NCBI GenBank assembly: GCA_000934665.2
Contig: KZ538765.1
Coordinates: 1 to 49,250 of the forward strand
From: Catajapyx aquilonaris
Taxonomy: Eukaryota
DNA length: 49,250 nucleotides
Direction: 5' to 3'
The number at the start of each line of letters is the position of its first letter. Position 1 is the first letter of the stretch. Both the position numbers and the translations under genes were made by a program. The notes below the pieces were generated by a model. That model was not told where the DNA came from, did no database searches, and saw nothing but the letters and a program-made list of their open reading frames with translations. Positions 21,107-37,669 of this stretch are shown here, in pieces.

Positions 21107-24100
21107 ATATGTCAAATGTTGCTGGGTATCGCCTCCAGCAAACAGTTTCTCCCAACTTTCCATAACCTATCACTCTGGTCGACAGGTCCACGCAACAACA
21201 ATGCAGATAACAATCAGTACTTTGAACACACATGTCATCCGGAACGCAAATGTTTGGACAGCGCGTGCTTGGAGGTACACACAAAAAAACACCTCATGTC
21301 GTACCTTCCTTTCTCCCTCCCCGTCTTTCCTCCCATAGCTTGGGCATTTGACGCCTTGACCCGTGGGTTTGACCTCCCCGGCAGGCCTGCTCACACCTGA
21401 TCCAGCCAGGTGCCAGGTGTGATGATGGGGCTTGGCCTTCAGCCTGCCTGAGCTATCCTCTCCTTTTCTCCTCTTGTCTCTTTTCTCCTTGGCCTCCACC
21501 ATTCGGAGCCTCGCAGTCTGCAACGGCGCCCATGTTGCCAGGTTTTCATCATATCACACTCATATGATTATTTTAGATAGCATATACTCACATACTCACA
21601 CGCAAGCAGCATTCCTCGTGCTCAATATGGGGATTTTTTAAGAGGAGGGGGGGGGGGGAATCCTGCAGGTAAAACAGGTTTAGGCCTATTGGTGTCACAC
21701 TTTTTGGCTTGATATTATGGAAGGATTCAAGGCCGCACCTTTTGGCCAAAAAATTCGCTCATAGCAAACTTGCTAGGGAGGTTTTTCGGTTTCAATTTGC
21801 CCACATGCCATGCCCATGTCTTGGGTACAGACATTGATTTGACAGCCTCGAACGCCTTTGAGTGCCCATTAACATTACAATGTATATAGGATGAGCAAAA
21901 ACGCCTGTGACATAAGCTTCTACGTCATACATAAAATACCTGGGAATAAAAAGATATAGCCATAAGACAACTTTGAATGGACGGCAACAAAAAAATATCT
22001 TTGGAATCCATCCACCTGTGGGAGTCATAGGCCACGTTCAAGTGTTGGAGCTGCTTCTTTTTCCTCTTTATACTTCTCTTCCAACCAAGTAACCCCACCT
22101 TTCCAGGCGGAAACCCGACTTTCCTGTTTCAGGCCCACCGACAGAGGGAAATAAATGCAAAGCCTGCTGATAATAATGCTCAGGACACATACACATGTGC
22201 TCGATGTAAAAATCGACCTGTAAAGAGAGAAAGAATCAAAAGTTTTAAGGGTGGACACACCTGCAAAATTTTCGTGCAGACGTGTGTGATGATACGTTAT
22301 ACGGATGTCGAAAACAAAATGAAAGGGTCGTGATTTTTGTAAAAAAAAATTAGATCTGCATGCTAACGGGTTTTTCGATGTAAGACACGCGAGGTATTTG
22401 TAGGTAAATGGAATTTTCACAAGAAATGGGCCACGGCGGTGTCTACCCCAGCAACCAATTTCAAGTGAAGCAGGAGTCAACAGCTCTGTGGACTAGGGCA
22501 ATGCCTGTGTTCGCAAAAGAAACAATTTTCTTATAGGAAAAGTGGTCCTTAGCTGAATCAACTTTTGAGCTCGTCGTCTCCGTCTTGGCAAGCTAGCATT
22601 TACAAACAAACATAATAAGCCTATAACAACCTGCTATTACCTAATCGCAGGCCTGTAAACCATACCCTTTCAACCTTGTTGACATGATGGGTTCCCAGAA
22701 GCTACACTCTTTGTTCTCAGAAAGCACAACAAACCCCTCGTACTTTACGAGAGTGGGGCCCAGCAGGATGCTCCAGTATATAACCATCGCATGTAGATAT
22801 GTCCAATTGGTCTATCCAACCAGGGTTGAGGCAGGCAAATGTCGGCAGCCTTCTTCTTCTCTTGCGGCGCACTACTTGCCACGTTATTATTTCTTGCTCG
22901 AGGTGTCGATAAAACTTCCCAGGTACTGCCATACAATTTATTTTCATAACCGAAATGGATGGGGCGCCGGCGCCATACTCACACAGGTCTTGTAGACTAC
23001 ACACTGTACTGGTCGTTAACAAATCTTACAATGTTGCTGGAAGTTGTCAGACTCTGGTGTCTGGCACCTACAATGAGTTCATTGTTTCAGGCGTTTTAGT
23101 ATAGCATCAAACACCTGATGGCATTCTCATCAAAATAATTTGTACGCAAAGTGTGCGCCTATATGACTCGTGACACCGCGTAAACATTTTCCATGAGGAA
23201 GCGTATGAGACTATATGCATGATTGCATGACAAGGTGTACACCTGCCAATTATGCAAGTGGACAACTCTTTTATGTAACATGATTACCTATCTGTACGTT
23301 GTGTTAAAATTAACCCAAGTGCAAAAGAGGTTACTGTGCTATTGAAATGCTGAGGAACACCCCATTGTTTCTTCTCTGATACAGTCAACTCAAACATTTC
23401 TTTCAACACCCTTGGAGGCACGGACAATGCACCACCCTGTAAGTGTTTTCTAGAATTTAGTGTCAGACCACCGGCCAGGTCTTTCTCTCTCATTACCACT
23501 TCCGGACCGCCTGATCACCCCCTCGAGGGACCTAACCCAAATTTTTGGCGGGAAATTGCACTTTTGTCGGGTGGGTGTGTAAAAGCCGGGGGCAGCCCCA
23601 GGGCAAGCAAGTATATAGTGCGGTGGACTAGGAGGGTGAAGCGGTGCTTTTACTGGGAGTGGAAATATAAGAGAAGCCGCTAATTGCAGCGCTTTGGGAA
23701 ACTCCCGATAAGCCCCGTTTCCTAAGGTGATGGATGGAGGTGGAGGTGGAGGAGGGGCCCGGGGCTCCCAGGTGGCCCACTGGAGGGCCCCCCCACTCTT
23801 CTTTTCTCTTCACCACCCACCCCATACCATATACTTCTTTTTTTTCCAAGTCTTTCAAGGGGTGGTCCACTCCATCAAGGCGTGATGAATGGAGCTCCGG
23901 ATAAGAAGCCCACCCTGCAGCCCCCAAAAACAATGCGGGATGGGGCAGGGGTAGGGCCCCCATTAGTGGGGGGAGACCCCCAAGGTGGCCCAAACGACCA
24001 GGGGGATGTGTCAGGTATGTGGACGCTGAATATTTGCAAGGCGAGTCACACCCTGCTTGGATGTGCACACAAATATGTGGAAATCCATATAGACAATGCA

Positions 24101-24123
24101 AATACAACATCACGGCATTTCCA

Positions 24124-24236
24124 GGTGTGTTCACAAGCTAGTGAGTGTTTTTCGAGAAAATTAGAGACAATTTAATAGCGTGAGAAGGAAGTCTCGAATT
24201 AGCTCCAAAACTATCGTTCTAGCTTGTGAACACACC
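24124..24236. mobile_element. MITE with 18-bp TIRs GGTGTGTTCACAAGCTAG
   Basis: Perfect TIR pair. No clear TSD. Confidence 0.55.
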
Positions 24237-27200
24237 GGTTGCACCGCCTCCAGCAGAAATAATTTCTTGTCAACATTGAATGACAGCCAAGACCTACACT
24301 AAAAGGGGGGTAATCAAAGGTGAATGTGAAGTCAATAGCAAAAGTAGGCTGTAAAATATGGCAGGACGACAACAGTAACATGTAATCGATATCGTTCCAC
24401 ATAATATATACGACTGGACAAATGTGGGGGAATTTCTTCGTTCAATAAAGATCCGGCCATTCTGTTGATTGATAGGAAGAGATGTGGCGTATATTCTCGG
24501 GATTCTTCCGTTTCTTCCTATACTGTCCAATTACCTCTCTTTCCGACTTTCCCTACATCCGCGCAAGCTTAATGACCTTATTTGTCAAATAAACAAGCTG
24601 TGACTATCTGAATCTCATGCAAACTCTGAGTTGCATCATTGAAGTTCACACGACCAATGACGTATACTTGTTACTGGTACATACCAGCAATTCCCCAAAG
24701 TTAATATTTATAAAACAGATAAAAAATAGAAACCATCGTGACAAAAAGGCGGTTGGCAGTGATGCAGGAGTCAAATTACAAAAATTACGAATAATCTGAA
24801 ATGGGACCGTATACATATTACGTCATCACATTTTTGACATATTGACCCCCCCCCCTTTCTCGATGATGACGTAATATGTACACCTAAATATATTATGCCA
24901 TCCATAGGTAGGTGAAAATAATCATTGAAGTCATTAAGAGTAATTGTTTCCAAAAATTAACCTTAAAAGTAACTGAAATTCACCAAATAACTTTCGAATA
25001 CTTTAAGTGCAAATTATAATAACAGTTGTCAACAAATTGGTTTCAACATTCACATTTAAATGGTAAGTCGTGGCGTTTTAAAATCATTTAAATTTTGTAA
25101 TAAATTTAAAAAAAAACCCACTGATTACCATGGGATTTCCATGGAACCTGACAGCTGCCAACAATCAGTAGATAAATCCTCGGCCGTAAATCATCACTGG
25201 CGCAACTCTTCCAGAATATCGAGCCTCTAAAATCTAAATGCGCATAAGAAACATGTCATCGCATGCGCAAAAATTGGTCATGTCTGTATATAGCCAAAGT
25301 GTCACTTACTCCTCTACACACGATTTCACATTCTGAATCGTATAATAACCGCTCTAATTCAGTTTCAGCAGGTGCGTGTGCGTCCTTGACCAACGAACAA
25401 TCACAATCGACCGATACATGGAAGCCATTTTTGTTATCGATTCCCCAAGCCTATACATCCGCCCACGTGGTCACCATGACACCTCGACTAATTAAATAAT
25501 GCCCATATTTTGCCTTAAAACCTAATCCGCCACAACCAGACATGCGGGTAGCCCCCATAAGGCCAGCATTGGGCCAATTGGAGGCTCCACCTGCGACCGG
25601 GATTAAAGTTGCATGCGGAACCATATCGATTCCAGAGCAACGGATGGTCGGTACAGTACAGGTGAGTGAGGCCCCAGGCAGGTGCTGGAAATGTGCAATT
25701 GGCGGCCACAGGGCCATTACATAGCTTGGGGTGTCACTCCGGGAGAGGACACGGCTGGACACATGTGACGCTGCTGGCCAGGTCAGTTTGATAGAGTGAC
25801 ATTCGTTGTTATGTAAGTGGGTTTGACGGATTGGGTATCGATCGGTGGGTTATGACCGTTTTCATGATCAAGGATATGCAGAACATGGAGTCACACGAAC
25901 GTCGTTTGCCTTTGTCGTTGCGGTTGCACACAGCAATTGGTGACAGTGCTGGTGTGAACCCATCATTATATAATCAAAATGTCTTTGGCAACAATAGTCC
26001 TGAAGACGGCCGGTTGTATGAACACAAATTAAATGTTAAAAAAAATCTCTGAACAATGACACCAACAATCGCCTTGACCGTGCGTTCATTTTACATGAAG
26101 CGTACCGCATTTCCTATAGAGAGAGAGAAAAAAAAATCGTTCGTATCTCGTCGACGTAATAGCCCATTTCGTCAAGGATGCGTCCCAAAATGGCGTCGTA
26201 ATGTCTTTGCAATAATCGATGTTGGCCCATCCATATAGCCGGGAAAATATTCCACGCAAAGGGGGATAAACATATCCGTGGTTTGTGGTGGATTCGAAAA
26301 TGATATATCGTGGTTACATTTTTAGCACGCATTCTAATAATATGTAATAATGAAAAATAGCGTGTTTAAAAAAATGAAGATATCGACTGAACAATGGCAA
26401 ACCTATATGGCTGACAAAAGCTTTTTTTTTATATTATTTTTTTTTTAAAAAAAGGCTTCTCTTGTTTGAACAGGTTGAAAAACGCTTGGTACACGTTGTG
26501 TGTACCCAAGTGCCTTTCATCTTTTGTCGTATACCATCCAGTTTTTTGCTCGGATTTTTGTCTGCCGAAGAGAAGTAAAGTCACGCATGGCGAATTATCT
26601 TGTTACCCAATCACGGTAGGCCTATATCAGGGGGACGCCCATTTCGTATAATGTGATTTTCTACTCCGCAGCGAAATTTTTGTCAATTTTCGGTGGAACT
26701 AAAATTACATAGGAGCAGCAGCAGGAGGTCCCCCCCCAAAAAAGACAATCATTTTGTTGGGAGGGACAATGGTATATAAATGACCGGTTGCTTGGGACGG
26801 TATTCAAACTGGTCAGCTTTGTAGATAAAACAGCAGCTGGGATGATTCTAGTTGATATCAAATGTGAGCTGCATTTTTTTTGTGTGTATTGGGAGGCAGG
26901 ATAAAAATTAAATTGCATTTTAAGCTACTTTGCATAAGTAAAATTGTTTAGCCCAGCTGGTTGATGGAACAATTTACATTTGGAGGGCAATTTTCTGAAA
27001 TATTTGACCAACAGATACTTCGTACATTTGGCTGACTATTTAATGTCGACTGTGCCAGAATAACGTATAATAATTGGTCATTGCTGGCTCGATTATTCCT
27101 ATGGTCTGTTGATCATATAGATTTCAGAAAACATCTAAAATATTCACAAAGCGTCGGGTAAATAACTCGAAGGTTCGTACCGAGCCTGCCACACTTTACT

Positions 27201-27609
27201 CGTTAGATTTTATATACGGCGTCATATTTCGCTTAAATAATAGGTGTGAGCCGGTCAGCTATTTCTAATGTATAGTGTGGTGTACTTTACCATGAATGAT
27301 GCCAACTAGTATGGTGAGAGGTCAGGCTTGAGCAGGACAGTTGTTCATTTCAGAAGATTGCCGGCAGATGGCGCCGGCTTGGCGATCCGACGCGTAGGTG
27401 CCGCCTGGTTCAAATTTCCTCATTAGTCTCTTAGTAACAAGAGTTCAATATTATGAGAAAAGTAATGAATTATTTACCCCATGCACCTCTGGTTTGAATT
27501 GAGCGCAGTCCAATACTTTTTGTGACTGAAGATTCGGGTACCCAAGCCCAAGTTATAAAATAGATATGTTTTTTGGCAGGTGCGGTGGTGGCGAGTGCGT
27601 GCCTGGGGC

Positions 27610-32514
<4,905 letters not shown>

Positions 32515-34455
32515 TATTAATTGATACTCATGTACCACTTGCCTTGTTGTACATTTCATGCCAAAGGAACTATTCTCGACATCAAGAGCTAATTAGCTCT
32601 TGTCAACATGCAAGTGACTGTTGCGTTTTACTTATATATGTATGTACCATGTAACACTAATGTTAACCCAAGTACAAAGGAATTTATAAAGTATTGATTC
32701 ATGTAAAATTGTGTCATATTTACAGCATCATGTGTCTTCTTTCTCGTCACAACACTAAAATGATGGCACTAATTGCCATTCCTTCCTGACTGCCAAGTGT
32801 CCAAGGCTTCTGTTCCATCCTGATCCAAGCTGGAAGTACACACTGCTTCAATGTAACAGCAAATACGACCATTAGAATGTAACTTACTTGCGGCGGGAAA
32901 AATTTGCGAACACTTGAACCGCCATCTTGAATCACTGCTACTAACATCTAGTCACCACTTCAATTCCAAACACTACTTAAGCAGTTAAACCTACATGTTT
33001 AAAGCAATTGATATTTATTTAAGGTTTAGCTAAGTATATAAAAATAAATTTTGCAGTTTAACTCGACATTAACACAAGTCCAGTTTTTGACAGGGTTAGT
33101 ACAGAGCCAGCCAATAGGAGTGGCGTACTGCATCTTTCTGGCCAATGACATGAAGGGGATAGTTGGTGCTGGATCATGTAAACTCATGAATTGAGAGCGG
33201 CTTTTGGCGATAAAGATATTCGCAATCCGGATAATTTTCGGCCAGAATTTTCTCCCCCCTTCGATTAATCCAGCCCGAGAGAAGACCCCGGGGCGGATCC
33301 AGGACACTTCGGAGGATCCACCAGGCCTGGAAGGAACAGAAGGGGACTCGTTCAGCGTCATACCCACCCTAGTCCGTAATCCATAACCAGCAGTGTTCAC
33401 AAAAGGTAGCCAGAGTTGGATTCTCGCTGTGAATACACCTTGACTATAGTCGTTTACTACATTGAACAAAGATTGGAATCACAATAATTCTGTGATGATA
33501 GCTGGGTACTGTGGGCCTACAGGAGCCTCCTAATAGGGGACCACTTTCATATCGATTTTTTATTCATAATGGCTCTCTGATGGATTTTGATTGCTGGTAG
33601 GTACAGCAGAACCGCAAGAAAACTTGTCAATAGGAAACTTTCTATGTGAGAGAATTTCTGTCTAACCTGCGGACTGGAGCAGTGAAGGTTGCGATGCTAA
33701 TGACTGTGCACTACTGTCATTAATGACCATAACTGCGTAATCTGTCAGTCGTTGGAATTGTGTCTGATTGGGCTCAAATGTACATTTAAAGTGCCATAAT
33801 AAAGAGTGAAAGAGGACCAAAATCCTGAAAATAGCAAGGGGTAGGTCAATTATATGAATAACAAACATTGAGAGTGTAAATCCTCATGTAAGTAAATATC
33901 GCAGGTGGCGGATGGGGAACATTGTACAGTAAATCTTTTTCCATAATGTCCAACTACTTGGAAAATAATAATTTTTACTCATTTATGATGCGGATTAATC
34001 AGAAACTGCAGTGATGACATTGATTACTACAAAAGGTACAAAAATTTAGTTCGGCTAATAACTAGGTTTTTATGAGCTATGCCATGTTTCACCACTGAAT
34101 GTAAATAATAATCTACTGAGGTTGGAACATTTGTTAAACCCTCCGTTAGGCATACATCTAGAATTCTAGAGTGATGCGACCTAGTCAATTACAACCAGAT
34201 AATATGGTGATTGAAATTTGCATGGGTTTTCTCATAATTCTCCTGTTTCGTCCCACGCCCCAAAAATCTGTCTTCTCCTCTGTCCCTCCCCGATTGCTTT
34301 GGCTTCCCAATCAACTGAGCAACATTTGTATGTGGAGTTTTTTTCTTCACATGCCAAACATAGTTTCACATGAAATAACTGCAATTTGAGCAAATGATCA
34401 GAAAAACAAGCACTACAGTACTTGGTTGTTATTCTCGTTCCAGTGGAAAATTACA

Positions 34456-35658
34456 ATGTGCAGCACTACCTTCTTTGATCTTCCTCTTGAGCTACAGCTG
34501 ATGATCTTCAGTTACCTTGGACCAGAAGACAGGCTCCGTCATGCTGCTTTGGTGTGCTCGAAGTGGCAGGAAGTGGCTGAACATCCAATGTTATGGCAGG
34601 AGGTGACTCTTGATCGTGGCAGTGTGTCTGAGGAAGGTTTGTTGCGTATTATGACAAAGTTCTCCCTGCTGAAGAAGATGGTGCTTGTAAATTTCAGTGA
34701 ATGTGGCCAAGAACTAGATGATGTAAGCATACCTGCAAGCCTGCAAGTGACAGACATGGACAGGGTTAAGTTGGACAGGTGTAAAGGGTTCAAACTGAGT
34801 GAAATGCAACATGGTTTCCCTTCAAGAAGCATGCAACTGGATGGGATCATTGATATGAAATGCCTTCTCCCAAGCGGGACTCCTGTCAAAGTGTACATTC
34901 TCCATTTCACACCTTACCCTCCAGGAGAGTTACAACCCTTTCTAGGCTTCCAAGAGTACATGTCGATAGATTCCTACCAGTTAGGAGGTAGGTTTGTGAT
35001 AGGTACTTGGAATGTCCGGAGTGTCCAAAGAGGAATTGAGGTTCAGACTTTGTTGGCTGCCATTAACAGAAGGAACCTCATATTGCTTGAGGCAGATAGG
35101 ATATACCAAGATCACACATTCGAACTTCTGGCTGGTTGTAAGAACCTCAAAGTTCTTCAGCTACGGGACTTGTATCCACATAACATATCTGAGAACAATT
35201 TGATAAACCGCATTGGGACACTCAGGAACCTTCGCACATTGACTCTGAACTTTAGTTGTCTTGGGGACGGAACAGAGTTCTCAGCAAGTCCAAGTGCCAG
35301 TACCTTCCAGGCATTCTTTTCTGAAAGAAGGTTTCCCCACCTGGAGTGTCTCAAAATCCAGGAAGCCCCGCATTTGGACAATACCTTTGTGAGTCAGATT
35401 GTGTCCTGCTACCCATCACTAGCGATGATGGCATTCCATCGCACCAGAATCACTCGTGGTTTTATAGATATTATAACTCAGTGTGAAACTCTCAGATACT
35501 TGTCTCTTGAGGGTCGCTACGAGGAGGAAGATGGCCTTACATGGGATGATCTAGAAATGTTAGCAGAGATGAAAGATGAACTAGCTGTAACATTCAAATA
35601 TGGGAATGCAACTGTGCAGTATGGTGATATACATATGAATGTTACTAGGGAATGCTAA
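34456..35658 (+). CDS. F-box / leucine-rich repeat protein (FBXL-like, 400 aa), single coding exon
   Basis: F-box motif FFDLPLELQLMIFSYLGPEDRLRHAALVCSKWQEVAEHPMLWQEVTL. LRR-like units include CKNLKVLQL, LRNLRTLTL, FPHLECLKI and CETLRYLSL. The ATG is at 34456, preceded by a splice acceptor (ttctcgttccag, ending 34443). Confidence 0.88.
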   Translation: MCSTTFFDLPLELQLMIFSYLGPEDRLRHAALVCSKWQEVAEHPMLWQEVTLDRGSVSEEGLLRIMTKFSLLKKMVLVNFSECGQELDDVSIPASLQVTDMDRVKLDRCKGFKLSEMQHGFPSRSMQLDGIIDMKCLLPSGTPVKVYILHFTPYPPGELQPFLGFQEYMSIDSYQLGGRFVIGTWNVRSVQRGIEVQTLLAAINRRNLILLEADRIYQDHTFELLAGCKNLKVLQLRDLYPHNISENNLINRIGTLRNLRTLTLNFSCLGDGTEFSASPSASTFQAFFSERRFPHLECLKIQEAPHLDNTFVSQIVSCYPSLAMMAFHRTRITRGFIDIITQCETLRYLSLEGRYEEEDGLTWDDLEMLAEMKDELAVTFKYGNATVQYGDIHMNVTREC

Positions 35659-36534
35659 AAGTCACCTCCATTCCTCTGAGTAATCTCGGCCAAACCCAAA
35701 CACTTGATGTTTAATGTACTCGAGAATTTTTCATGCTGTATCTCTTTTCTGTATAAATTTTGTAACTGTCATGTGCAACTTCAATGTAAAGTGTTAAAGA
35801 ATTTGATTGTATGTACCTAAACCTGCAGTAATTAATTACTTTTTTTAATCAGGTCTGACCCACCTACTCAACCCAATAGTCGTACAAACACCTATTTGAA
35901 CCACAATATGAAACATACCTGAACACAGCAGTAGCAGTGTCTGGTACACAAACTCAAATTATTAATTACTGGTGCAAATGCTGCTACAAAAAGTATGTAA
36001 ATCATATTGTATTGCCCTTGGGAAGTACTGTATACAGTACCGTAGTCGAAGACTGGTAACTACTGCTACCTGTGGAGAAGTTACCAAACTGAACCAGGCC
36101 TGTCCTTCAACTCCACCAGGTGTTCACATGCAGTAGTCGTCGCTTCTCCTAAGATCCCACAGATGAGCCATGGGCCACACGGAATTATTGTGGAACCCTA
36201 AATCAAATTCGGGATCATTATTACAAATTTCATTAACAAATTTGTCAAGATGTTAAGAAAATAGGTGACAATAATGTCCGATGTCACCCATCCGGGTCTG
36301 TCCCGAATTACAGGAAACACCCTGTATAATTATATTTTACAAGTAATTGCGGATAATTTGTGCGGAACGAATTGATTCCGCTATATAGATAGGTTTAACT
36401 GTATAATCTTGTGCAAATGTCCATATCTGATGGGACCTGCGTAGTCATGTGCAGTGTGGCATGACTTGGTACAGAGGGTCATTACAACGCTCGAGGCTCA
36501 GTTCTGAATTTTCTGGAGTCACTTCTTGTACTTA

Positions 36535-36748
36535 GGGCCGAATTCAGAGAGGTTGCTTAACGTAAACGCGCCCGATTAAATCCTTTAGTCATCCTCGATT
36601 AGCAAAAGTGCTAGCAAGTGCGATTAGGGGGCGTTTAGCGCTAATCGCCGTCTTTGTCTTAGCAGGTTGGTTAAATTTGCTAATCGAGGATGACTAAAGG
36701 ATTTTAATCGGGCGCGTTTACGTTAAGCAACCTCTCTGAATTCGGCCC
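36535..36748. mobile_element. MITE with ~70-bp near-perfect TIRs (GGGCCGAATTCAGAGAGGTTGCTTAACG...), PIF/Harbinger-like termini
   Basis: 36535-36606 is the reverse complement of 36676-36748 apart from a 1-nt indel. TA occurs on both flanks. Confidence 0.8.
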
Positions 36749-37433
36749 TAGTGTCCGAAGTTGCTAATAAAGAATTTTCTGTGCTTTACAGGTACACTCC
36801 AAATTGAGTCATCGATGGTTACCTTTGCCATTGCGTACGATTAGTGTACGCCGTCTTGCCCAAGGCGTACCTGCAATAAACAATGCCCAAGAAGCGGCAG
36901 CAGACAATAGGACGTCGGATTCGAAGAAATGTTCCAGGAAGATGAGCATAAAGGCTGTGTTTGGTTGCTGGCTGGCTGACCACACCTGCATGCCCACCAT
37001 CTGCTGCCATGTGACATGTGAGAAAATTCTTCCAACACTTGCTTTTTCTTGAAGTGCTCTTCCGCACCGTTGCAACATTGTGTGTTCCTCCAGCTCTTTC
37101 GGAAGTCAGTTACAACTCCTGGGCAGGTGGTCACTGGGGTTTGCAAGGTGCTTTGACCGACTTGGTGCAGTTTTGCTGGATATCCAACGAGTCCATTTGC
37201 TTTCTATTGTCTCCTGTTTCACCAAACTCAGCTGTCTTCCTTCTTCCTCGTGTCTTGCACTTTTTTGAGGGGGGCCATTACTCACTTTTATGACTCATCC
37301 TGGTCATTTGTAGGCGACCGCAAGTTCCCACAGGTCTTTGTTAATTCTTTTATAAAACTGCTATTGTTTACATGCGGGGGTGTTTTTCTGGTCCGTGAAA
37401 ATCTGTAACGGATCACAGCATTTTGTATAGATT

Positions 37434-37445
37434 GCCGCCATTTTG
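37434..37445 (-). promoter_or_regulatory. YY1/Pho consensus CAAAATGGCGGC, candidate promoter-proximal site
   Basis: Exact consensus on the minus strand. Confidence 0.35.
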
Positions 37446-37603
37446 GTTTCAGGATAAGGGGTTATTATAACTGAATAAGCACCTGCTGTGGCTTTTTAAC
37501 AACTAAATAATAACTAGTCATCAATGCACATTGTAACGGGCATAACACAGCTTTGGGAATAAACGCAGTAGATGGCGCACGCTGCTTTCTTCCGAAATCG
37601 TAA

Positions 37604-37669
37604 CGGCACGACATGACGGAGATTTTTTTATATAATCCTATATTAAAACACTACCGTCATGTCGTGCCG
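37604..37669. repeat. Hairpin with 16-bp perfect arms CGGCACGACATGACGG
   Basis: Arms at 37604-37619 and 37654-37669. Confidence 0.75.

Noticed and set aside
23628..24175. Pro/Gly-rich ORFs on both strands
   Set aside because: They arise from G/C-run low-complexity sequence and lack domain or splice support.
33026..33469. 147-aa minus-strand ORF as a protein gene
   Set aside because: No recognisable domain, a non-ATG start, and no phase-consistent exon chain.
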